From Callorhinchus milii (Eukaryota), in contig NW_024704743.1 in assembly GCF_018977255.1 (NCBI RefSeq), positions 70,930,001 to 70,994,000 of the forward strand: 64,000 nucleotides of DNA. The letters run 5' to 3'. The first letter of the stretch is position 1; each line of letters begins with the position of its first letter. A model generated the notes under the pieces. That model worked only from the letters and a program-made list of their open reading frames with translations, was not told the origin of the DNA and searched no databases. Of the stretch, positions 12,401-21,057 are shown in pieces. Made by a program: the position numbers and the translations under genes.

Positions 12401-15400
12401 GTGCCTTCATACAAGGCAATGAATAATGGCAGAGTTATACAACTTTTCCCACCTGACAAGAAAAATACTGAATATATTTAATTAGTAATTTCCGTACACA
12501 AATATAATATAAGGAGTAATTCAGCCACTAATAATGAAATCAAAGTAATCAAGTAATATTTCAACAAGTACTTACATTATCGGAGATTTCAGAAATAATG
12601 CCATGGCTCAGTCCCAATGGTACAACTGGATCATTCGCTTTGCCATAGAAAACTCTGATAGCACCAGGTTTAGGGTGACTGCTGCTTGTGAACTTTTTAA
12701 CCACAGCTGGTGTAATAGGCTGGAAGAGTATAAAAAGAGTATGCAGTAAAAAGAGTATGCAGTAAAAAGAGTATGCAGTAAAAACTTCAGATTGGATGTA
12801 TCATTTCATTGCTCATTTAAGTTTGAAACAGGTTTCAAAAGTCTAACTGAAAGTTCTGAAGATCCAGTAATTCTGTTTGTCCTCTTCCTCCAGGAGGTCC
12901 TAATGCACCATACAAACTATTCCTGTTTAAGAGAGTACAGATATCTGCTCAATTAAGCCCCAATTCAAGATTTATAGCAGTGGTGGCCAACAAAATAAAT
13001 ATTTCTTGTTTGAGTTCTCGATTTATGGCATATCTTGTGTTTTCTATGATTATGTTGTTGGCCAACCAAAAAAGGTGGCATGTTTGGTCACGGAATGCCA
13101 GAATCAAGTCAATCCTCTACATGGGTCTCGGTAGTGCAGTTCCTGAGCCAGGAGGGTCCTCGGTAATCTAAGGCACTGCTGATGACAGCTCAACCAACCT
13201 GGCTCCTCAGCCAGATTTGGAGGGGCAAACCAGTCACTGAGAGTAAGGATTCTCCACACCCCTGTTAATCAAGCAGGCCAAAGCCCTAATGGATAGGGTG
13301 GTTCGACTGCAATTCTTATTAGAGACCCTTATTAGACAATGCTTTCAAACACAAGCTATACAATTTTAGCTGTTTAAGCCGTAACAATACTCCCAAGTGT
13401 ACTCTGGAGTTTCTCCCGCTGTTCTGGCCAACAATCTCCCCAAATAAAAAAAAAGTCATTTACTTCATGGCTGTTTGTGAGATAGCACTGATGCAAATTG
13501 GCAGCTGTGTTCATCTACAGATACACAGTAACGACACTTCACAGGACATTTTGAGAAGATGTTTCAGCAGTGGCAGCTCATCAGGCGAGGCAATGAGATG
13601 CTGACTCACCTAGAATTTCGGAAGCCGCAGCGGGAACAAGTTAGTAACAAGGCCAGTAATAATAATAATAATAATAATAATCCTTGCATTTGATATAGCG
13701 CTTTTCACGTCGGGAGGACGTCCCAAAGCGCTTCACAGAACACACTGTAAAGTGAATTGACTGTATATTTGTGGGCGAACGCGGCAGCCAATTGCGCACA
13801 GCAATGTCCCACAAACAGTCGTAGATTGAAAATGACCAATTTAATTATTGTTTTTGGTTTTTTGGAGGGATTATTATTAGGCGTGTGGAGTAAGGAAACT
13901 TGCCCAAGGTTTCGCCCTGCCTGGAATTGAACTCAGGTCTCTCACTTGCAAAGCGAGTGCTCTAACCACTGAGCTACAGGACTCCACCAGTAGGAGAGAG
14001 AGTGCTTGAAGGGCCCGCTGCCATGGTAAAAAGGTTTGGCAAACTCAGTGTGTGCCCAAATAAATGGAATAGTACATGCAAGAAGACATGCGAATGTGAC
14101 TATAAGACCAACAATGCAACTTTGTGTGACTGCAAATACATGTACTGTATATGAGTACTGTGTTTGTGAATGGGTTTGACATTATATGAATGGAAGCTTT
14201 GTGGAAGTGAGTGAGAGGGTCAAAAGTGTAAAGGAATATGTGTTTGCATTATAAAGAGGTGTATGAATTCCACACAAAGAGTAATTTGCAGACAAGGAGG
14301 CCGCAGAATTAGGTTACCCTGATTGAATGTTAATTCTCATTAATAATTGATGAATTTGTAACTCAAGTTGTCCATTACTGATAGCAAAGAAAATAGTATA
14401 GATAACACTTGCAGTCAACGAAAAGCTTAGCCGCCAGAACTTAGCCATTCATTTTGTACCATAGTCTGATTAATAATGCACACCAACTGTATTCAGTAAA
14501 AGAAGTCATGTAAAAAGTAACAAGCATAAAACTAAACAAATCCACATGTGCAAATGATATCTCATTGATTCAATTTGCAGTATCTGAAATCCATCAACAT
14601 GGATGCAGTACATTTCCAGTCACTAACACTGTATGAGGGTGAACAAGGAGAAATTATTTCAAATGGCGGGTGGGTTGGTAACCCGAGGGCACCAATTTAA
14701 AATAGTTGTCAAAAGAAATAGAGGGGAGGTGAGGAGAAATTTTTTCACACAGCGAATTGTTCGGATCTGGCATGCATTGCCTGAAAGGGTGGTGGAAGCC
14801 GATTAGATAACAACTTTTAAGAGTAGATAATTATTTGGGCAGGACAAGTTTGCAGGGCTATGGGGAGAGAGTGGGGGAGTGGGAAGAATTGGATAGGTCT
14901 TTTCAAAGAGCCGGCACAGACACGATGGGCCAAATAGCCTCCTTCTGTGCTGTATAATTCTATGACTGTAACTTTTAAACTTAAAATATAATTAAAAGTT
15001 CCAGTACTGTCTAATGAACCACCCTTGGATGTTTTAAAACAGTACTAAATGCAATCCCTTTACTATTTATAAGTGGGACATTAATTAAAAAACACACAAA
15101 TATATTAACTACTGTATCCTGTAGTTTAGTGATTTGAGCACTCGCCTCACAAGCAAGAGGACCTGGGTTCAATTCCCGGACAGAGCGAAACACTGAGCAA
15201 GTTTCCTTACCCATATGCCTCTGTTTACCTAGCAGTAAGTAGGAACCCAGTTGTTAGTCGATTGGCGGATCGCTTTACCGGAGGTACTAATCCTTCTAAA
15301 AAATAAATAAATAAAAAATAATAATAATTTGGTCACGTAATCCACGACTGTTTATGGGACACTGCTGTGCGCCATTGGCTGCCGCGTTTTGCCCACAAAA

Positions 15401-16780
15401 TATACAGTCAATTCACTTTGCAGTATATTCTATGAAGCACTTTGAAAAGTCTCAAAGACGTAATAAGGCGCTATACCAAATCCAAAGACTATTATTATTA
15501 TATTGTACTTTTATCAAAAAATACACATATTGGGAATCATGGATAATAAAGAATGTTATACAAATCCATCTTTGTTCACGTAAAGGATATGAGGTAACTC
15601 ATTTTCCGTTTATACTACTCAAAATGTTGCACATCTGTATTTACGTACCCTGGGCTGTATTTCCTTGAGACATTCTGATGCGGTTGATGAAAGAGGTACT
15701 AATTTTCCCGCCTGTAAAACAAAAGTTCATAATATTAATAATAATCCTTGCATTTGGTATAGCACCTTACCACGTCATTGAGACATCTGAAAGCACTTCA
15801 CAGAATATACTGTAATGGGGATCGACTGTATTTTATGGGCGAAACGTGGCAGACAGTTATGCACAGCGGTGTCCCACAAATTACTAAAATCCAATTGTGG
15901 TTCACAAACCTTGACATTACTGGATGAACACAAACGAGAGTAAGTTAATGCAAATTAGAAAGAATCAGTGTGGTGGGAAAATGGCCATTGATTGTCAACC
16001 AATCTGCCAACTGGCAAGACACTGCGGGACTAAAATATGATCAAATATTCCAAATTGTAGAGAGGGAGAAAGTAACCTACAAAGTGGAGTCCTGTAGCTC
16101 AGAGCACTCGCTTTGCAAGCGAGAGACCCAAGTTCAATTCCAGGCAGAGGGCGAAATCTTGGGTAAATTTCCTTACTCCACACAGAGCCTAATAATAATC
16201 CCTCCAAAACCAAAAACAATAATAAATTGGTCATTTTCAATCTACGACTGTTTGTGGGACATTGCTGTGCGCAATTGGCTGCCGCGTTCGCCCACAAATA
16301 TACAGTCAATTCACTTTACAGTGTGTTCTGTGAAGCGCTTTGGGACGTCCTCCCGACGTGAAAAGCGCTATATCAAATGCAAGGATTATTATTATTATTA
16401 TTATTATTATTATAAAGACCTGTAGATGGGTATACTCCCCTCCTCCCAAAAAGGGTTCTAAAGCCTATAAATGAAGAACCTCAAATGAATTATTTGGCAT
16501 TAATCTATAGGTTCCCGGGATTAGGTTCAGTATGAGAGAGAGCGGTATCCTGTGCTCCTGCCTGACTGTCCAGTGGGCAGGGTGGACAGAAATTACAGTA
16601 TATTTACAGTCCAAAGTCAACCAAACACAACAACAACAACACAATTACATTTGGATGAGCCTTTCACCCCCCCCCCCCCCCCCCCCCACCAACCATACTT
16701 ACTGCCTTTAACTGGGGTGCCCTGTCCACAAACTTGCCCTCATAGACAAGTTTGAGGGGTCTCTGCAGCACACCAGGCAT
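292..16780 (-). CDS. EFHB: EF-hand domain-containing family member B (ciliary microtubule inner protein), complete 13-exon CDS, ~584 aa
   Basis: Spliced by hand with GT-AG ends and consistent phases: complement(join(16703-16780, 15649-15711, 12576-12719, 11255-11435, 9476-9586, 7432-7561, 6245-6328, 5184-5251, 3276-3430, 2454-2661, 2111-2299, 1546-1727, 292-453)) = 1755 nt. Two EF-hand loops ([24 protein letters not shown]), EFHB-type motifs ([33 protein letters not shown]) and synteny with RAB5A-PP2D1-KAT2B. The exon 11 acceptor is uncertain. Confidence 0.92.
823..1203 (-). mobile_element. tRNA-headed SINE with Deu-like core and (ATT)n tail
   Basis: Reverse complement of the family seen at 15113, 16084, 25611 and 60384. 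Confidence 0.8.
1546..1727 (-). CDS. EFHB: EFHB exon 12 ([16 protein letters not shown]...SRSKSE)
   Basis: CAG acceptor, GTAAGT donor, conserved EFHB C-terminal motif. Confidence 0.92.
2111..2299 (-). CDS. EFHB: EFHB exon 11 ([18 protein letters not shown]...[14 protein letters not shown]); 5' boundary uncertain
   Basis: Overlaps ORF 2022-2279; GTGAGT donor; phase-compatible CAG acceptor at 2300, but an upstream acceptor at 2377 is also plausible. Confidence 0.75.
2454..2661 (-). CDS. EFHB: EFHB exon 10, EF-hand pair
   Basis: [11 protein letters not shown]...[24 protein letters not shown] boundaries. Confidence 0.92.
3276..3430 (-). CDS. EFHB: EFHB exon 9 (VEELIH...RLHLKNANF...FRHYDK)
   Basis: Within ORF 3246-3533; CAG/GT boundaries. 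Confidence 0.9.
5184..5251 (-). CDS. EFHB: EFHB exon 8 ([22 protein letters not shown])
   Basis: TTCTTTCAG acceptor, GTAAAG donor. Confidence 0.9.
6245..6328 (-). CDS. EFHB: EFHB exon 7 ([27 protein letters not shown])
   Basis: AAG acceptor, GTAAGT donor, phase 2-2 fits both neighbours. Confidence 0.85.
7432..7561 (-). CDS. EFHB: EFHB exon 6 (EQVDRKYSW...[13 protein letters not shown]...W)
   Basis: Within ORF 7428-7631; TAG acceptor, GTAAGT donor. Confidence 0.9.
7605..7705 (-). mobile_element. Short Penelope-like repeat fragment with hammerhead-like core
   Basis: Minus strand reads CTGACGA...GACCCGAAACGTT...GATGCTGCCTGAACTGCTGAGT, resembling a common shark repeat (recalled). Confidence 0.45.
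9476..9586 (-). CDS. EFHB: EFHB exon 5 ([12 protein letters not shown]...[11 protein letters not shown])
   Basis: TTTCAG acceptor, GTAAGG donor, phase 1-1. Confidence 0.9.
10752..11145 (-). mobile_element. Older DeuSINE copy
   Basis: Reverse complement of the 47815 element. Confidence 0.7.
11255..11435 (-). CDS. EFHB: EFHB exon 4 ([11 protein letters not shown]...APLGKSYDQ...TTFGKKLLR)
   Basis: Overlaps ORF 10707-11426; AG/GT boundaries; 181 nt. Confidence 0.9.
12576..12719 (-). CDS. EFHB: EFHB exon 3 ([10 protein letters not shown]...[10 protein letters not shown]...SDN)
   Basis: CTTCCAG acceptor, GTAAGT donor, 144 nt open. Confidence 0.9.
12731..12784. repeat. 16-bp tandem triplication (AAAAAGAGTATGCAGT) at the EFHB exon 3 acceptor
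   Basis: Three direct copies visible. Confidence 0.9.
13657..13987 (-). mobile_element. Young full-length tRNA-headed SINE
   Basis: A box GTAGCTCAGTGGTTAGAGC, B-box-like GAGTTCAATTCC, core TTTGTGGGACATTGCTGTGCGCAATTGGCTGCCGCG, (ATT)n tail. Confidence 0.9.
14630..14966 (+). mobile_element. CR1-type LINE 3' fragment
   Basis: TTTTTCACACAGCGAATTGTT...TGGCATGCATTGCCTGAAAGGGTGGTGGAAGC and GATGGGCC...CTGTGCTG tail; related copies at ~19400-19590, ~46800-47200 and ~60160-60375. Confidence 0.7.
15113..15502 (+). mobile_element. tRNA-headed SINE
   Basis: B box GGGTTCAATTCC, same core and tail. Confidence 0.85.
15649..15711 (-). CDS. EFHB: EFHB exon 2 ([21 protein letters not shown])
   Basis: TTTTACAG acceptor, GTACGT donor, 63 nt, phase 0-0. 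Confidence 0.85.
16084..16413 (+). mobile_element. Young tRNA-headed SINE
   Basis: Same family; 3' half identical to the 13657 copy; long (ATT)n tail. Confidence 0.9.
16414..16652. repeat. Left arm of a ~240-bp inverted repeat (partner 17250-17489)
   Basis: Reverse complement matches 17250-17489 with about 5 mismatches by eye. Confidence 0.95.
16703..16780 (-). CDS. EFHB: EFHB coding exon 1 ([26 protein letters not shown])
   Basis: ATG at 16780, GTAAGT donor, phase 0, joins exon 2 AGKL; lies just downstream of a CpG-rich promoter. Confidence 0.85.
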
Positions 16781-16859
16781 CACGCATCGATGTGATGTGT
16801 GGGCTGTGCTCCTGTGCCCCTCTGTACAGACAGTGTGTGTGGTGGTGGTGGTGGTGGAG

Positions 16860-17050
16860 GTCCTGTGGAGCTGACAGCCCCGCGGCCGCGAGGGAGCGAC
16901 ACCCGCAACCCCGTGTTGATCCTTTCGTCACCAGGCAACCGGCCGCACCTGCGCACTGAGCTGGCGGCTGGTGACGTCCGTCCTTGTGGATCCGTTGGGC
17001 GGGTTCACGCCCATTTGGGCGGGTTTTCTTGTACTTTGGGCGGGTACCTC
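16860..17050 (-). promoter_or_regulatory. EFHB promoter: small CpG island with RFX X-box, CRE half-site and three GC boxes
   Basis: GTCACCAGGCAAC at 16927-16939 (X-box like), TGACGT at 16972-16977, TTGGGCGGGT at 16995, 17015 and 17036; 150-270 bp upstream of the EFHB ATG. Confidence 0.7.
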
Positions 17051-17249
17051 ATTTTTTTAAAATTATTTAAACCTGCAAAATATCCCACCCCCCCCCCACC
17101 CGACCTTTTCTTGCACAGTTTCAAAAGCACTAACCTACATTGGCTACTGTGCTTTGCGTAGGAGGCAACACATAATATTGGGCTACTTTGGAGCTTGTGG
17201 TTTTTTTCCCAGTGTCTTGGGACATCCTCCCGACATGAAAGGCGCTGTA

Positions 17250-17489
17250 CAAATGTAATCGTGTTGTTGTTGTTGTGTTTGGTTGACTTTGGACTGTAAA
17301 TATACTGTAATTTCTGTCCACCCTGCCCACTGGACAGTCAGGCAGGAGCAGAGGATACCGCTCTCTTTTATACTGAACCTAATCCCGGGAACCTATAGAT
17401 TAATGCCAAATAATTCATTTGAGGTTCTTCATTTATAGGCTTTAGTACCCTTTTTGGGAGGAGGGGAGTATACCCATCTACAGGTCTTT
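17250..17489. repeat. Right arm of a ~240-bp inverted repeat (partner 16414-16652)
   Basis: Reverse complement of 16414-16652; inner end overlaps an L2 3' tail (GTT)n. Confidence 0.95.
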
Positions 17490-18059
17490 GACAATTATCT
17501 GCATCAAATATTGAATGACTTTAATGTCACACTTCCTACTTGCGTTGCATATTCTGCTGCGCAATGTGAAGTCATGAAATAAAATCTCATCATTACTTTG
17601 TTGACTGTTTGTAAGACTTCATTGGCTGTTTGTGAGACATCTCTGTGCGCAAATTGGTTTCTACGTTCACCTACAAGATGCGCAGACACTACAATTTAGA
17701 GTATTCCTGTGAGGCATTTTGAGACAAGTTAGGCCTCTATACGAAATATAAGGATTATTATTTATTATTGTAAATTGTTCCTAATATGTATCTCTAACTG
17801 GTGAATGGAGAATAGCAATGTGTTTTAGGATTGTGTCAATATAATAATCAACAGCTATGGACAAACTTTCATATTTTCTCACTCTTTCTCAGTCTATCAT
17901 ATGTAAATCTAGTTCAAATAATACTTGACTGTTGTAACCAAATATAATAATTATAATAATTATAATAACTTGTATTTTGCATAGCACCTTATCACGTTGG
18001 AAGGATGTCTCCAAGTGAATATCTATAAATGTATTCTCTTGCTTTTGTATTAACAAGAA

Positions 18060-18445
18060 TAGACCCCCTCCTACCTCTCTGACCTGCTGAATCCCTACCA
18101 ACCTGCCCGCTCCCTCCGCTTATCCAACTCCAGCCTGCTCCATGTCTCCCACCCGACCCGCCTTACCATCAGTGGCCGGGCTTTCAGCTTCTCTGCCTCC
18201 ACACTCTGGAACTCCATCCCAAGGTCCCTTTGCCTCGCTTCCTCCCTTGCATCCTTCAAGGCCGGTCTCAAGACCCTGCTCTTCGACCATGCCTTTGGTC
18301 GCCCTCCCACCTCTCTGCTTTCCCTCACCCCTACACCACCCCTCCCCCATGCTCGGGCCCCGACATCTGACTGTTCAGCGCTTTGGGACGTCCTCCCGAC
18401 GTGAAACGCGCTCTATAAGTGTAATTTTGTTGTTGTTGTTGTTGA
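18060..18445 (+). mobile_element. L2 LINE 3' end
   Basis: L2 C-terminal sequence, GGGACGTCCTCCCGACGTG terminal motif and (GTT)n tail. Confidence 0.8.
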
Positions 18446-19619
18446 CATTGAAAAAAGGAGCAACGAAGAAAAACAAAAGACACAATAAATATTCGAAGGC
18501 AAAGAATGATTACAAAAATAGCCTACCCTGTCGCCTACAGATGATATGTCATAAGCTAGCTTGATGCAGGAGGGTTGGGAATGAATAATAATTTGACATT
18601 GATAAGGTAGATAACGTTAGTCCTGGAAACAGAACTTTTGAGCTAAGGGAAGTACAATTTAGATGCAGAATAAATGTCCAAGGTTTTGTAATAGAAGTGC
18701 ACTTTTTCTGCCTCTAAAACAAATACTCTTTGCTACTGAACTGCTGTATAAAGTTGTTATGCAATTTTCAAGGGTAAATATAGTATTAAGTTATTATGTT
18801 CAAAAATATTTACAATATGAAGTTATATTGAAGAGGCTTGCTAAAACATGTTTGGATGAAGAATTTGCTGTTTGTCAAAACAGTTCCAGCACAGAACTGC
18901 AGAAAACCAACACTCAATCCTCTGGAGCGCGCATTCGCAATTTTAAACAAAGGGAAATTTCCATGCGTGTGCAGAACTCTCATTCTGGTATGCATACTCT
19001 AAAGCAGAGATGGCCAGCTTGCGGTCTATGAGCAGCTTGCAGGCTGCAAAATGCATGTGTAAAATAGTCATATGTGCCACACGTGGCCCATGGGCCACAA
19101 GTTGGCCATCCCTGCTCTGGAACATGATGGAAAGAGGAAAGAGGCAAGGTGAAAGGATTGCATCCTAAACCACCCTGCTACTGTTTCCTACTACACATGC
19201 TTTTCTTCAACATATTTCAAATTCATAGTATCAGCAACAAATGTTGTAATACGTTGCGACCCCATTATATTGTAGAGGTTTGAGTCTAATTAATACTTCA
19301 GGTTATAAGGAGGAATGCTACAAAAAGGTTGCCTTCTCCATTCAAAACCTTCTCTGTGATCCTTGACGTGTGTTGGCTCTGCGAGTCGAAGACCCAACAA
19401 AGTTGTTGGGATCGGGAATGCATTGGCTGAAAGGCTGGTGGAAGCCCATTCGATAACAACCTTTAAGAGAGAAGTAGATAATTATTTGGAGAGGACTAGT
19501 TTGCAGGGCTATGTGGAGAGGGATTGATTTGGAATAGCTCTGTTCAAAGAGCCACACAGACACGATGGGCTCCTGTGCTGAGTGACTCTGGAATGTCCAG
19601 GGGATGTTCAGGCCATTGA

Positions 19620-20040
19620 GAAAGTAGTCCCGGTCCTGCCCGGCCTGAGGAGTGCGCGCGCATGCCGGCTCCTGACGTGCGCACGGGGGGTTGCGCGGAA
19701 GGCGACGCTGGCGCTGGGCGGCAGCGCGTGTGAATGAGTTCCGGTGCGAGGCTTCAGCTGTTTCCCGAGAGAGAGAAAGAGAGAGCGCGCGCGCGGGCGA
19801 GGAGCAGCGCCTCAGTCAGTCAGTCAGTCAGTCAGTCATTAGTCAGTCACTGCGGGAGCAGCGCAACCGTTAATGTTACACGAGCCGCCGTACAGTCCAA
19901 AGCAGCGCGTGTGGTGTAAGTGACTGACCGCCCGCCCGCGCCATCTCCGGTAAGGGAGGCCTCTCGGCTGCCGTTTGATGTTGGTGTATGAGAGAGAGAG
20001 AGCGCGGGGTCAGCCGCAGGGCCTCGCCCCCCAGTCTCCG
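19620..20040 (+). promoter_or_regulatory. RAB5A: RAB5A CpG-island promoter and non-coding exon 1
   Basis: CpG-dense; TGACGT, GCGCATGC (NRF1-like), CGGAAG/TTCCGG (ETS-like); candidate donors GTAAGT at 19916 and GTAAGG at 19950. Confidence 0.7.
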
Positions 20041-20114
20041 CTGTGTGTGTGTGTGTGTGTGAGTTCGGGGGTCTCTGTGTCTGTTGAGTTTTGTAAAGAT
20101 GGCACCGAGTGGCG

Positions 20115-21057
20115 CCCCCCCCCCCCCCGGCAGTGAGGGGAAGGCAGAGCCCGGGCCCCCCCCCGGCAGTGAGGGGAAGGCAGAGCCCCCCCCCCCGGCA
20201 GTGAGGGGAAGGCAGAGCCCCCCCCCCGGCAGTGAGGGAAGGCAGAGCCCCCCCCCCGGCAGTGAGGGGAAGGCAGAGCCCCCCCCCCCGGCAGTGAGGG
20301 AAGGCAGAGCCCCCCCCCCCCCCCCCGGCAGTGAGGGGAAGGCAGAGCCCCCCCCCCCCCCCCGGCAGTGAGGGGAAGGCAGAGCCCCCCCCCGGCAGTG
20401 AGGGGAAGGCAGACCCCCCCCCCCGGCAGTGAGGGGAAGGCAGAGCCCGGCCCCCCCCCCCCCCGGCAGTGAGGGGAAGGCAGAGCCCCCCCCCCCGGCA
20501 GTGAGGGGAAGGCAGAGCCCCCCCCCCCCGGCAGTGAGGGGAAGGCAGAGCCCGGGCCCCCCCCCCCCCGGCAGTGAGGGGAAGGCAGAGCCCCCCCCCC
20601 CCCCGGCAGTGAGGGGAAGGCAGAGCCCCCCCCCCCCGGCAGTGAGGGGAAGGCAGACCCCCCCCCCGGCAGTGAGGGGAAGGCAGAGCCCGGCCCCCCC
20701 CCCCCCCCGGCAGTGAGGGGAAGGCAGAGCCCCCCCCCCCCCGGCAGTGAGGGGAAGGCAGAGCCCCCCCCCGGCAGTGAGGGGAAGGCAGAGCCCCCCC
20801 CCCCGGCAGTGAGGGGAAGGCAGAGCCCCCCCCCCCGGCAGTGAGGGGAAGGCAGAGCCCCCCCCCCCGGCAGTGAGGGGAAGGCAGAGCCCCCCCCCCC
20901 GGCAGTGAGGGGAAGGCAGAGCCCCCCCCCCCGGCAGTGAGGGGAAGGCAGACCCCCCCCCCCCGGCAGTGAGGGGAAGGCAGACCCCCCCGGCAGTGAG
21001 GGGAAGGCAGACCCCCCCCGGCAGTGAGGGGAAGGCAGAGCCCGGGCCCCCCCCCCG
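20115..21057. repeat. Minisatellite, ~30-bp unit GGCAGTGAGGGGAAGGCAGAG(C)n, about 30 copies
   Basis: Directly visible tandem array with a variable C-run, at the start of RAB5A intron 1. Confidence 0.97.
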
